A DNA stretch of 64,000 nucleotides from Eledone cirrhosa (Eukaryota). The translations under genes were made by a program, and so were the position numbers. The notes under the pieces were generated by a model. The model worked only from the letters and a program-made list of their open reading frames with translations. It did no database searches and had not been told where the DNA came from. The stretch lies in assembly GCA_964016885.1 (NCBI GenBank), contig OZ024743.1:289230001-289294000 (forward strand). The letters are read 5' to 3'. How positions within the stretch are numbered: position 1 is the first letter of the stretch; every line of letters begins with the position of its first letter. Below are positions 29,039-43,761 of this stretch, one piece after another.

Positions 29039-30397
29039 TTAATTTTTTATTGCGATTATCGTGATGACAGCTTCCATGACGAGATATTCTTCATATTTTC
29101 ATGTCAATAAATAAAGGAATGAATGAATATATATGAAACAACAACAACAACCGTATTACAAACCAAGACAAAAAAAATCTAAGATTATAATAAAAGAAAA
29201 TGGCTGAATAACAGAAAGGAAAATGATGAAAGATATGAATAAAATATAATAGTATAAAATTACAAATAAAATATACATCACTAAAACAATAAGAATGACA
29301 AGAAGAAAAGGAATAAGTCATATGAAACTATAAAGAACATACAACTGAATAAGTAAATAAATATAGAAATAAATAAAATAAAATATGTTACGGGTTATTT
29401 CTTAGTTGTTTATTTTTCATACTTTTTTTACGTATAAATATTTCATGAAGCTAGTCAAAGACAACTCAATAAAACGGTGAGAATTTCTATCCCACATAGA
29501 TACGACGGCCATTGTTGAAACTTTCAGACGACCACCCCATATCACACAGACACACACAAACACACCGCAAAGAACATAATAATAGCAAAACTAAAAATGA
29601 TGATTATATTAAAAAAGAATAATAACAAAAAGGACAATAATATTAATGATGATAATAATATTGAAAATAATTTATATAAAGTATTAAACAAAACAAGACA
29701 AAATATATAATCTACAAGATAAAAAAACAATGAAACTAATAATAATAATAATAATAATATCTTTTATAATCGTGAGGAGGACGATGAAGAGATGAGATGG
29801 AGGGGGAAGTGAGGAGAAGGAGGAGGAGGAAGACATTTATGATGCAGTAATATTGGATTCATGGATGTTGTAGCTGCTGCTCCTGATGATGATGATGACG
29901 ATGATGATGATGATGATGATGATTATGATGATGATGATGATGATGATGACGATGATGATGAAGTTGTAGTTAGTGTTGACCATAACGAAGATAGCGAAGT
30001 TGTTGAAGAAGACGACGAAGATGATGATGATAACTATGCTGCTAATCCTGACGATGATGATGACCGCAATGATAACGTCTATTAAATTGAAGAAAATGAT
30101 GATGATGGGCGATGGTGTCGATTATTCTAACAGAGAAATTATTGAAAAAGTAAATAATTGGAAATAGCCAGAAGAAAAGCAATTACATCAAAGACCTACT
30201 ACAGCAACAAATAACAACAACGGCAACAACAACAACAACAAAGATAGTAACGGCAACAGCAATAACAATAAACAACAACTACAATAACAACAAAAGCAAC
30301 AACGTTAACAACATCAACGATAACTGTAAATCAAAAATAAATAAATATATATTGAACAAAAGAAGAATCAATGTCTCTTTCTCTCTATGTATATATA

Positions 30398-30455
<58 letters not shown>

Positions 30456-30802
30456 GTAACATATATATATATATGTATATATGTAACATATATATATATA
30501 TGTATATATGTATATATGTAACATATATATATATATGTATATATGTATATATGTATATATGTATATATATGCATGTATGTATTATACGTATGTATATGTA
30601 TGATATATATATATGCGTGTGTGTGTGTATATATATATATGTATATATGTATATATATGCATGTATGTATTTATGTATCTATATGTATATATATGCATGT
30701 ATGTATTTATGTATCTATATGTATATATATGCATGTATGTATTTATGTATCTATATGTATATACATATATATATACGTATGTATATGTATGATATATATA
30801 TA

Positions 30803-30881
<79 letters not shown>

Positions 30882-31061
30882 CTAATATCTATATTCAATT
30901 GGTTTCTTTAGCAAGGCCGTTATTTCTATTTCCATAATTTCATTACAGCTGTCTCGGCAATATTGTCACACAGTAAATGTTAAAATCACTTGGCAGTCTA
31001 CATTTTTTATTCACACCATCACCGCAATAACACTACCACTCATTGCAATCCTCGACATGAC

Positions 31062-31112
<51 letters not shown>

Positions 31113-32045
31113 TATTCTCCTCCTCCCACCTCCTCCTCCTCGACATCATCATCATCATTGCCATACTCATCATCATCGTCAGTTTCGTAGTTATCCTCAT
31201 CGTCGTTGTCATCGTCGTTGTCATCGTCATTGTCATCATCATCTTAATCATTATCAACTTTCCCATCATGGCTTACGTAATCCTCATAATCATCATCATC
31301 AACATTAAGAATATTGTTATAATCTATCCTACCCTATCCTCATCATTTTCATTGTCATTAATCTGACCCTCCTATTTCTCATCAGCATCGCTACCATCAA
31401 TATCATGAACACCACATTTATAATAAGATTCGTCTTCCTCATCACCATAAACGTTTTTCTTACCATTGTCTTCCTCCTAGTCTGCTGATAAGTTGACAAT
31501 ATTTCGTTTCAGTGTTACACCATACGTATTACAGAATATATCTATGGATTTTTCCAAGATCATATACGTATTTCAGAGGTAAATATCTTGTGTATATATA
31601 CAGAATATATTTATGCACGGAAACAAAAGTATTATTCGGACTAGCTTCAACCTAGCATTACCATGGCTTCAGAAAATTGGTTGACTAAGTTGAATATATT
31701 ATACATACTTCACAGGGTTTTACATCCGTTGGTTCTAATATTTCTCTGCGTTGACCAGCGTTGAGCTCCCAACTCACAATAACGTTATTATGGGCCTCGT
31801 TGTGACCAACGGCGAATCTTCGGACTATAAAACTGGTCTGACTACAGTATAGAAAGTATTTTTCTAGAAAGAGACAAGGATAAGGAAGCGAAAAAGGGCA
31901 CACGAAAAAAATCAGCCCTACCTCTAAATTGATAATTTTTATTTATCGCCTCCAGATCTGTAACACAAAGCTTTTGTCATGTGGGGCAAGATTGAATTCA
32001 TAGTGCAGCGAGCCAAGACAAATGATCCCTCGCACTCTCCCTCAC

Positions 32046-32109
<64 letters not shown>

Positions 32110-32192
32110 TATATATATATAAAACTATTTATCTATAAAATTATCTATCTAAACCTTTATCTGTATCTCTCTCTATTTCTCTATCTCTCTCA

Positions 32193-32278
<86 letters not shown>

Positions 32279-32677
32279 ATGTGTGTGACTGTGTATGTAT
32301 TATGAGAAGAAGAAGAAGAAGAAGAAGAAGAAGAATGACTATAATGCTGATGAATTAAAGGCGGGAAAAGAATTGATTGCAAAAGTGAAAATATATAAAG
32401 AAAGGTAATTTTTATTCTCAGGGTATTATATATTGGCGAAAGTATTAACATATTTAGGAGTCAGTTGATTGTCTGTATTTTCAATATTAATACCTACTAG
32501 GGGTCTTTATGATGTAAGTGATTTACCTCGTTCATGCATGCTTCTTTCACTCTTTCCTCCCTACGTACCGTTTCTATCACTGAACCTGTATCTATTTCAT
32601 TATATGTGTGTGTACACACACAAACACAAACACACGCACAAAAACATAAACACACACACACATACACACACACATAT

Positions 32678-32784
<107 letters not shown>

Positions 32785-32794
32785 ATATATATGT

Positions 32795-33810
32795 ATGTTA
32801 GATAGGGGTGTAACAGCAGTTACAGATGGCGCGCTGTTCGAAGCACACAATGCTGTTACAAGGTCCGTTTCGTTTGAGTTGTATTCCAGTGTTACGGCTG
32901 TAGTGTACAGAGTGTAAATAGATTTAAAAGAGTCGACGTCAGTGTTGCAGCATATGTACAGACTTTATTTGCATATTGCAATTGTTTCGATATGAATCAG
33001 CTCAGGGTACAATCAAAGTGACGGGTCCCGACCCTTTTTCGACATCTCGTCAGATATGCGAGTTTACATGTGCAAAATCACATCTAAACTCTTGACAGTA
33101 GTCCACAGATCCGTTTATATACAATACTGCACTAGCCAAGGTCGGCTACTCGGAGAAGATACAATACGTGAAAGACCCATATCCAACAACATACGGAAGA
33201 CAATATTTGCCCGCTGGCACACCAACATCTAACCGGAAAAGCCAAATACCGGGACAGGTACAAAACCGCCCAGCGACCACCGACCACGTCACTTCTTTTA
33301 ACCACATTACAGGACAGACTGATCAGCCAGATCATAGCCCCGATGGTTGCGGCGCTAGTATACGCAGCAGGGTCTATCGCAACCCACTGAAACAGGTTCA
33401 AAGACACACAGAATAGATGACGCAAATCACCACGCTACCACAACCCACAATGACGCCCATAACAACTAATAGAGCAGAAGAAATTGCAGTCCTCCGCAGA
33501 ACACCCAAACACAATACCATGACTATAAACATCGTTGCCAGTCCCAAACCCAACACCGAGACCTGGAATATCGCGCCAGATGACCCCAATAGTAAGAATA
33601 ACCGAAACGGTGTCCATACCGTAAGGACCAGCGACCTTAACAGCCACAGGCCTGATAAGGGGCTGAAGATGACGAAAATGAGGAATCTAGCGCCGGATGT
33701 ATCGGCGAATCCAAAACCGACACATTATTGTATTATAAAAAAAAACATAAGCACCTAGAGTCACGAAGACAAAGACGAAACAGAACCAGGTCAAGGCTCG
33801 TAGCTTGGTT
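32795..33810 (+). mobile_element. GC-richer insert between TA tracts, probable very old PLE endonuclease region
   Basis: Weak remnants ICPLAHQHLT, ETWNI, KKKHKHL; sharp compositional boundaries at (TA)n. Confidence 0.35.
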
Positions 33811-33988
33811 TATCCATGTCTATATATGTATATACAAACATACATATATATATGCATGCATATATATATATATATGTGTGTGTGTGTGTACATACATATA
33901 CATATATATATATATACATATATACATATACATATACATATATACATATACATATATATACATATACACATATATATGTGTAGATATG

Positions 33989-34036
<48 letters not shown>

Positions 34037-34624
34037 CATAATTATATATACAGAGTATTTTTATATGTGTGCGTGTGTGTATGCGTGTATGTGTGTGTGA
34101 GTGTGTGTGTGAGTGTGTGTGTATGTGTGTGTGTGTTTACTTACCTGACATGATAAAGTGCTTCATGGTGAAGACGAAGACATGCCCGAACGTTTGAATG
34201 TTTAAGCACTTTCATGATCCTGACATCCTGGGCTAGGTACTAGTGAGTAACATCTTCAGCTAGTTTCTTTTCACGTCGCATTGAGGCTACATAAGTCTTG
34301 TAAATTGAACTATATGTAGGGAATGTACGCTGTAGCCTTGTCATACTGTCCCCACTGATTCCACATAACAATTATCTTCTTCTTCTTCTTCTTCTTCTTC
34401 TTCTTCTTCTTCTTCTTCTTCTTCTTCTTCTTCTTGCGTATGAGACTGTTACTGTTGCAGGTTGTTTTTGATCGGTTGATCAGTTTCTCGGGCCCAACGC
34501 AAGGAGGTCGACAACGCGGGCCACTGAACTATGTTGAGGTTACATATGTCTTTACGGAAAGCCAGTGGATTAAAGGTTATATCTGTAACGTAGTCTGTAA
34601 TATGTATGGTTCAGAGTAAATATT

Positions 34625-35320
34625 TGCCAACTAAGTTAGCTTTAGTTGTTTGATACTCCGGCTGTCCACGTGATCTATTATTGTTGGATCTACAGAGGTA
34701 TGGGATCAATAAATATTACTAAGTTGAAACCATTTAATATGGGTGTCAGACTTCACCAATGGTACATACTGTCACCTCTCTATTTGATAATCTTCGTGGA
34801 CAGGTTTAACATGCGCAGCTTGGCTAGAAGTGGTATTGAGACTGACAAGTGTAGGATCTGTCAGCTGGAATTTTCAGACAACATGGTACAACTTAAATCG
34901 TCAGTAGGTGATCTGCGACATACACTTGATAAGTCTGTTGCTGAATGTTGCACGGCAGGAATGAAAACCAGTGGTGTGAATATTGGAAGACAGGATGCTG
35001 CATTAAAGGCAAGACTTGCAGTAGCTCGTGCAATAATGCGCCAGCTTCAGCATTCGGTCCTCAGAATAAGCCAAATTTGGGTGTATAAGCCAAATTTGCT
35101 CTCTTGAATTCGGTATTAATGCCAAACTTTACCTATAGTCATGAATCGCGGAAAAGACTAAAAGAATACTATCGGAAATAGGATTCCACCGAAGGAGCTT
35201 TGGAGTAAGCTTATTTCACACAGTGCGGAGCTCCGAGATCAAACAGTCGCTTCAGGTAAATCTGCTCCATCTCCGAATTGAAAAATCATAACTCCAATAT
35301 TACGATCATGTAGAAGATAT
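34625..35320 (+). mobile_element. Degraded RTE LINE RT fragment (related to the 16958 copy)
   Basis: KPFNMGVRLHQWYILSPLYLIIFVD..QLEFSDNMV (FADD), followed by ttcggtatt..tgccaa.ctt.acct homology with 17455-17480. Confidence 0.85.
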
Positions 35321-37745
35321 TAAAGAAAATATGCTTTATGCAGTACAGGGAAATGTGAATATTCGCTTTTTATGCATGTGTATATGCATTTGTACTCTAT
35401 ATGTTCATCGGGCCCGTGCTACTATGCAAGTGTTGATGACGTTAAACACTAACAATAAAAGATTCTAAATTGGATAGGATAGCAGAATTTGCAGAGTTAA
35501 CTCCTATTGTTTGCTAGTGCTCATTTTCTTCAACTCGGTGGACTAGAAAAACGAGAAATAAAGCGTCATAGCGACATTGCGCTTTCAGGTTTAGGAAGAG
35601 AATCTACAACATTATGATTGTGAGCTCAACACCCCTATAACTAGACTTGCAATACTGCGAACCACCAAGTAAGCTGTTGCTTTGTTTCGTTATAAAGCCT
35701 ATGCTATTGGCAGCTATGCAAATGAAGTCTGTGAGGTGGTCGTGTGAGCCTCTAACATATTAATCTTTTTGTTTATATATATTATATGATACAAGTGAGT
35801 CATATACAAGTTTTAACTTTCAAATAAACACAAGTGGGGTGTTATAGAAAGGAAATATTGATCCCTGGTTTAACACTAGAAAGTCTGGATTTGAACACGT
35901 GCTCTATCCATATACAAGCCTTGAAATATCAGTATGAAATAAATTAGCATACTAATTTATTAAGTAAGAATGAATTTTCAATCGTCTCCATGTTTCTCAT
36001 TGAGGAGATGACTTTGTAAATTTTGTCAAAGTAGATCAATAACAACATTTCATTACAAAGTCATAGAAATGTAATTAACATTGTAGTATCTCGGTAAAAG
36101 TTTTAAATAAGATAGAATGAAATAAAAATATAAGTTTGAAAAAAGAGATGGGGAGAAAAACCTAATATGATCATAAAAGAAAACAGAACGGACAAAAAAA
36201 AAACTAAACACTTAGCTAAAACATAGTTACTCATTGCAAAAAAAGTATGTAATTAATTTGCGAAAACAAACAACATGTGTGTTGCATTTTAACAATAATG
36301 TTTTCTGAGACATGACATGAGTTGTAGTAGTTTCTTTGTTTTTGTTTTCTTTTAAATGAAACAGCTGCATGGAAGCGATTCCTTTATTCAAGAAAAGTAA
36401 ATTGATTAAAAATTATTTTAAACGATAGGAAAGGTGTGAAGGAAAAGACAAAGAGAAATATTGAGATAGAGGTGGAAAGATAGAAAGACAATCGGTAGAA
36501 GAAGGCGGGTGTAAAAGAAAGAGTGAAAGAAAACTTTAATTGTATGAACTTTCAGTAATTACTAGCACGAAAGCAGTGAATTAGCTGAAACAGTGCAATG
36601 TTAGATTAGATGTAATAGACTATTTAATTTGGAACCCTTAATTTCAGAGTTCAAATCACCTCGTGGTTAACTTAAAATTGTGTCACTTTGTAGTCAATAA
36701 AGGAAATACCACTAATATAAATCAACGGTCAATTCGATTTACAATCTTACTCTATAACAAAAGTTTCTGGCATTGTCTCTATATTATAAATTGATATTTA
36801 CGTTTGTGAGAACGGTAGATAGCAGGATAAGATATCTAATGGTATTTATTTACGTCCAACAAAGTTCAAATCACGTCGCTGTCAACAATTTCCTTTTCAG
36901 CGATAATGATATATTGTGGTCGATTCACTACTTTCTGCCGTTTCTCCTCAAGATTTCGCAAATGTTACAAGAATAGAAAATGAGGCTTCCACCTATTTAG
37001 TTCAGACCGCAATATTGTGTAGATTCTTTGATTTTAAAAAATGCACTTCACTAATACTCACGTGCACTGTAAATTCCTTTGGATGTACATGAAATATAAA
37101 CAATTTCTTTCCCTTCCTCTACAAATTTGGAATACATGTATCAAAAGTCCCTGAATTATTTAGTAGCTATTGAAACTTTCATCTCCTGAAATTTTATTTA
37201 GGTGGTATTATCTAACTACGCTCTAACCACCCACTAACTACGCTCTAACCACGCGTTAACTACGTGAATAGGTAATTTTATTTCAGGTAGGTTATAGACT
37301 AAGCTCTAAGCATACAATGAATAGAACTAATACTACGAAATAACTGAAACATTCATCAATTTTAATACTGAATATGATGGCAGTGATCTTATGTATGGCG
37401 ATGTGCACTAAGTGACCTAAACAGGAAATTCTAGTGACCTGGACATGTATACAGCAGAGTGCCGAGAAGAAAGCTTTCAACTCGGAATCAGAAATACTCT
37501 CACTTCGCTCCCCTTGTCCCTCTCTACCCCCCTCTTTCTCTATCTATCTATCTATCTCTCTCTTTCTCTATCTCTCTCTATCTCTCTATCTCGTGTCTAT
37601 GTATGTTTGTTTGTGTGTGAAATTGGAGTGTCTGAAACTTTATGGAGGCCATTCCCAATAAAAGAATCCGTTGTATATGTATAAATATATATATGCACAC
37701 ATACACACACATATATACACACACACACGTATATATATATATATC

Positions 37746-38557
37746 TAAGGCGGGTAAAATTCCCGAGATCCATGGACGAGTTCTCTCCAGCGGTCTCTGT
37801 CCCTCATTATCGCTGCCATGTCCTGCATCTCCAACAGACCAGTGTCTGTCCTTAGGGCATCAACATACGTCAACCTTGGTCTTCCTCTTCTAGTGTGTCC
37901 ATGTAGGGGCTCCCAAAGGAGTACTGAGTGCAATTTCAACTCTGGATGTCGGTGAGCTAACCTCAGTCTCCTCTGTGTCACTTTTGAGCTGACTTTTGGG
38001 ATGCTCCCATACAGCTCTGAGTTTTTCATCCTCAGTGTATACTGATTTACTGTAGCACCGGCTCAGAGCAGGAGAGTTAGGGCGAAAAAGGTATCCGGTG
38101 CTGAATTTGCCGACGACGTAGTTTTGGTGACAAATACAGTGAAGGAGGCAGAGGATTTGATGCGGGAGGTTGAGACTGTGTCGATGAGTGTGGGGCTGAG
38201 AATGAATGAGACTAAAACAAAATATCTGGTACAGAATGTTGAGAAGCCAGAGGGGATCACTAATGTAGGCGGGAAGCCGCTGCAATTGGTTGAGGACTTC
38301 CTGTATTTGGGAGCAAAGATTGGGAATACGGAGGATGATGTGGTTGAGAGGAAGAGCAAGGCCTGGGCGGCGTGCCACAGCTTGAGATCGGTGTGGAAGT
38401 CGGACCTTCGTAGAGACCTGAAAATCCGCCTCTTCATTGCTGAAGTGGAGTCTGTGCTGCTGTATGGGTCTGAGACTTGGACACTGACCAAGAAACTCAC
38501 TCAGATGCTGGATGGGTGCTACACGAGAATGCTGAGGATGGCTCTGAACATTAATCA

Positions 38558-38560
<3 letters not shown>
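37746..38560 (-). mobile_element. RTE-group LINE, 5'-truncated with inversion, inserted in (TA)n
   Basis: Plus ~38050-38560: EFADDVVL..GLRMNETKTK..DFLYLG..ESVLLYGSETWTLT..RMLRMALNINQY. Minus ~38047-37746 continues NQYTLRMKNSELYG..RGRPRLTY..DRDRWR. Confidence 0.92.
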
Positions 38561-38642
<82 letters not shown>

Positions 38643-38647
<5 letters not shown>

Positions 38648-38801
38648 AACTATCTGGTTGTGGAACCAACCAACCAACCAGAAATTTATAAGTTTGTAGA
38701 TTTGTAAATTTATAAATTTATAAATATATAATAAATTGAAGTGAAACAACTGGTGCGTGTGTTTCTTATTGGCAACATGACCCTCCCAAAGTATAACAAT
38801 A
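38643..38801 (+). mobile_element. Solo copy of the post-hammerhead part of the 4728-5246 element
   Basis: Near-identical to 5102-5246; flanked by (TA)n. Confidence 0.92.
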
Positions 38802-38804
38802 TAT

Positions 38805-39320
38805 ATACATATATATATAAATATATATATGATAGGGACGATGTGTATGTATATCTATGTGAATGTATGTGTGCATATGTAGGTGTGTGTTTGCTTGTGC
38901 AAATGTGTGTATGTGTGTATATATATATATATATACATACACACATTTGCACAAGCAAACACACACCTACATATGCACACATACATTCACATAGATATAC
39001 ATACATATGGTGCCTATCATATATACATTTATATATATGTATAAATATGTCTACGCTCTGTCTATACTACAAAAAGCGCTCACATGCACACGCACATACA
39101 CACACACACAGATACACATATATATGTGTATGTGTGTGTGTGTATTTGAGTGTGTGTATGAGTATTTGTGTGTTCACGCATGCGAGCTCCTTTTGTGGTA
39201 TACACCACAGAGCGCAGACACATTTCTACATATATAAATGTATATGTGATAGGGAGTATGTGTATGTATATCTATGTCAGAGTATGTGTGCATACGTAGG
39301 TGTGTGTGCATACGTAGATG
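38805..39320. repeat. Overlapping palindromes centred on TA tracts
   Basis: 38805-39042 is a near-perfect palindrome centred at ~38925; an older diverged one is centred at ~39120. Confidence 0.85.
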
Positions 39321-39917
39321 CTTCTGCCACGAGATGCACTCCATAGAGATACAAGAAAATAGAGTAAATAGAGGATAAGTAATGGACAATAACGAAACAT
39401 GACAATAAGTGTGTAAAGAGATACAAACATCAGGACATATTATACGGTACATATATAGACAGAGTGGTGTAGGCATCTTACAGAAAGTAAATAAATACAG
39501 GCTGAAGTAAAATATCTTGAAATATCAAAATATGTATTTTATCATGAATGCAAAATTTAATAAGAATCTTTTCGTAAGATAATAACTGACATTCTCCGAA
39601 CATATATTAATTTTCGTGCTGAAACCGATGATCCGATATAAGTGAGGTCATTCTTTCCTCAATGTCCAAATCAAACAAACACAGTACATTTTTTTCATTT
39701 CGTCGTTAATCTTCCGAACATTTTTTTTATTTGTTTGTACACCTATGTAATATAGGAACGAATATCTTTATGTATATATATATATATATGTATGTAAATG
39801 TGTGTGCGTGTGTTTCTATATAGTTGTGTATATATATATATAAATTTATACATGCACATACCCTCATACATTCAGGCACACTACACATAAACATATATAT
39901 GTATATATCTATATATA

Positions 39918-39958
<41 letters not shown>

Positions 39959-40047
39959 TTACACTCGTTCAGCGCATCGGTAGGGGTTCTCCTACATGGA
40001 TATAAAGTAGTGACCGTACTCGAAAACGAGTTGGCAGCCACCATATA

Positions 40048-40079
<32 letters not shown>

Positions 40080-41499
40080 CACTTATAGATAGATATTTTT
40101 ATGTTAGTATATATATATATATGTGTATATATATATATATTGTTGACTAGTTGTTAATTATATTTTTCTGTATTTTTCTAAGATTTATCACTTCCTTCTC
40201 AAGTTCTGTTTTAGATATTACCAAATATGAATAGAAAGAATACAAACTTTAAATATTGTTTTCCGCATTCTCATTTCTTTACACAACTGTAGGTAAAAGG
40301 AATATGACAAAATGATGATTTAACTCTTTCATTACTATACTTCTAATGAAAGACACTGTCTAGGATGTTCAAACAATTTAGAAAATAATCATGAATTTGG
40401 GCGGATTTTGTAATATAATTGACATTCTCATTATCAAGCTGGGGTTTGAAATTAGCAAATGTTCATTCATTAAAATACGACTGTAGGATTTTAAATAAAT
40501 ATAAGTACTTTAAAACACACAAGTAACAGGCAGCGTTTCTGGTGGTTCGGTATTATATGGGTTAATAGCGAATAGAGTTTTAGAGATGCATTTGTACATT
40601 GAAAGAATCTAGTCACCCTGATACTTAACATTACATACACCTAGTACAAGCTGGTTGTTTTTACAAGACTGCTATCTATGGAAGTGTATATTCTTAAATA
40701 CATTCATATCTGCATAAAGAGTAACAACGGAAATGAAAATGGGTATATTTTTCCTGGATTTCTTCATTACCGATCTTATATTTTGTCATCCAGCAGTTTA
40801 ACATATATTAAGGAAATGAAATATTTGTTGCGATGAAAATTCATGTAAAATAATTAAAAACGTTAAAAGAAAGTGTTACATTTCAGAACAAAATGAAATA
40901 CCACTGTTTTGGAAACAGCGGACTTCCGGTTATATTCTTCCTCCATGTAAATAAACATACGGCCTGAGAAAACTATTCATGTGGAATGTCTTTGGTTTCT
41001 GACACAATACTATGTTGTTTATTTATTTATCAATTTATTTATTTATTTAATTATTTTTTTATTTTTTTATTTATTTCAGTTTTATCTTATTTTTATCGTG
41101 AGCTTATTTGTTGTGTGTGTAATGTGTGTTCTTGTGCATAGCATGGCAGATTGTTTAAGTTTGTGTCGCAATCTTAAGACAGCGAGTTCGATCCCCACTT
41201 CCTGATATGGGCTACCACCAATCCCAGAGGCACTGCAAAGTGTCACCTGCTCTGCTTTTACGTAATTTACTAAATAGTAAATCTTATATGAAAAATATAA
41301 ACATAATTGTGCATTAACCAAATGATCGTTCTATGATGATTATGTAATGATTTATCATTGCGAAGAAATATTTTCGTTGTTCTAGAGTCGCAGTTGTTAT
41401 TCGTATGAGAATAGTGATAATATTTCTGACATTTAGTAAGCCGGAGAAAGGCAGAGGACTTGAAGAGTTCACATGCCCTCATGAATCGAAAAGGTTAAT

Positions 41500-41730
41500 A
41501 TCATCAATGTTCCACCTAAAGAGGAAACCATGAGTAGGGATGGATCAAGAGATCATTATCTGGAGAAGAAACAGCCGGTGTAGTACTTTGTGCGGGATTT
41601 GGTGATGGGTGATTGGAAGAGAGATGAATGAGACGGAAGTGCCTGAAGGGAGATGGTATGTAACTAGTCCATCACAAAGAGCAGAGACCATTGCAGTAGA
41701 GTTAGAAAGGAAAATTAGAGAACACTGTAT
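41500..41730 (-). mobile_element. CR1/L2-like LINE 3' fragment
   Basis: YCNGLCS..IPSPFRHFRLIHLSS..KSRTKYY..FFSR resembles the ORF2 C-terminus of this group. Confidence 0.55.
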
Positions 41731-42223
41731 GTCTTTCTGCCCTAAAAACTTGGTGTGTCTGTGAGAGATGTTATACCAATTTCAATGACTTTTCACTAGA
41801 TGCAGCCTCGAATGTCAATTTTAATATTCAACTAAGAGATCCAATTAACAAGTAGCAAGTGAAAAACAAAAGTACAGAGGAGAGGTGTGAGTATATTAAG
41901 AATCATATAGAGACAAACACAAAACGTCGACAAAATGGAAACATTATTTCACGCAATTCATATAACTACAAAAACAAAAAAATTGCAATTTATTCTGTGA
42001 AAGATTACAAATAAAATATTTAAAAATAGCCATGAATTCATAGCAGACGTAATATATAAATATATGCGTACATAGATACATTCATACAAATATACGGGCA
42101 TGAAATATTATTTCCATACACGTAAGCACACAGAAATACTTTATATTTATGTATGTGTGGATGTGTGTGTCTATAAACATAGATACATACACACATATGC
42201 ATACACACAAACAGACACACGCA

Positions 42224-42269
<46 letters not shown>

Positions 42270-42596
42270 TTTCTTTTTCAAATTGCGCCCTGCATTAATT
42301 TGTCTGTGCCCGATTCTGTTAGTTTCTTTTCTGTCTCTGTTTGAGTCGTAAATAAACAAACATTTTACACTGTTTCATAGTGAATTGTCACATCAAAAGA
42401 ACACATTTGGCCTTAGTAACATACAATGTTTTGAACTTCATTTCTGAAGAACTTCACTTAGTTCCATGTCACATTTAATTCTCTTTGACGAGACTTTCGT
42501 ACTACTTCCACTTATGTACAAGTATTTAGCTAGAGAACGAAATACCTACATACTTACATACATACTTACAGATATGGATTTAAATATAAAATATCC

Positions 42597-42752
<156 letters not shown>

Positions 42753-42867
42753 GTGCGTGTGTGTGTGTGTATGTGCGTGTATGTGTGTGCATAAAAATTA
42801 AACAGAAATAACAAAGCAAACGAGACAGTACAATGAAGAAATATATTAGATAAACGCTTGAAATAAT

Positions 42868-43051
42868 TGTTTCTACTTTTGGCACAAGGCCAGCAATTAC
42901 CACAGTATATTACTGGTACTTTATTTTATCGACCCCGTAAGGATGAAAGGCAAAGTTAACCTCGGCGGGATTTGAACTCAGAATGGCCAGGGCCTTAACT
43001 CTATGCGTCAAAGCATGGCGTCCGACTCACTACCGATACTGCGAATCCACT
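42868..43051 (-). mobile_element. Full-length family A SINE with 12-bp TSD
   Basis: TSD gcttgaaataat on both sides; family A core. Confidence 0.92.
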
Positions 43052-43716
43052 GCTTGAAATAATAGAAAAATATTCTTAACTTTTCGGACATTAGTCTTAC
43101 ATCAGAATCAATAATGAGAAATATGAGATGAAATAGAAAAATAAAGACTGAGAAGAGGAAAGAACGAAAAACAAATGAGTAAAAAATACACACGTGCGTA
43201 TTCAGTCACCCATTTTGGAGAGACCATATATATAAAGTTATATCTGTGTAAATACACAGAGACTGCCCGAAGGTGTATACATATATTTAATGTAAACATG
43301 CCAGAAAATATGTATTTCCTTGTTAATTGAAAAAATGATAAATAGGTTTAATCGACTTTCGTATCTTATTGAACCCTCATCAGAAGATGTATATATCTTC
43401 CGATTAACCACATGCATTTGTTGGGCATTCGTTCTTAGCATTATTTTGAAATGGGCATAGTAATTTACATATCGTGTCAAGCTGTATCAGTCTTTGGCTT
43501 TCCTTTGGACAACTTGGGTTGCGTGGAGAGGAGAGATTGCTATGCATGGGTGACTGCTAATCTGTCGCTAAAACTCCTTGCCCGAGCTTGTGCTCATTGG
43601 GAAACATTCTAGGCGCAAAACCAATGGTCATTCGTGAACGAACGGGATTTTACACTTCACCTTTATATATATATATATATGTGTAACTTGAACAATGGGT
43701 TTTAATTTTTCTCCGG

Positions 43717-43761
<45 letters not shown>

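Noticed and set aside
31513-31578. Candidate 66-nt exon (tttcag...gtaaat)
   Set aside because: No recognisable product and no supporting neighbouring exons; such signals arise by chance in AT-rich DNA.
33030-33056. ctgacga-gatgtc-gaaa on - strand as a hammerhead
   Set aside because: Stem II is only 2 bp and there is no matching stem I.
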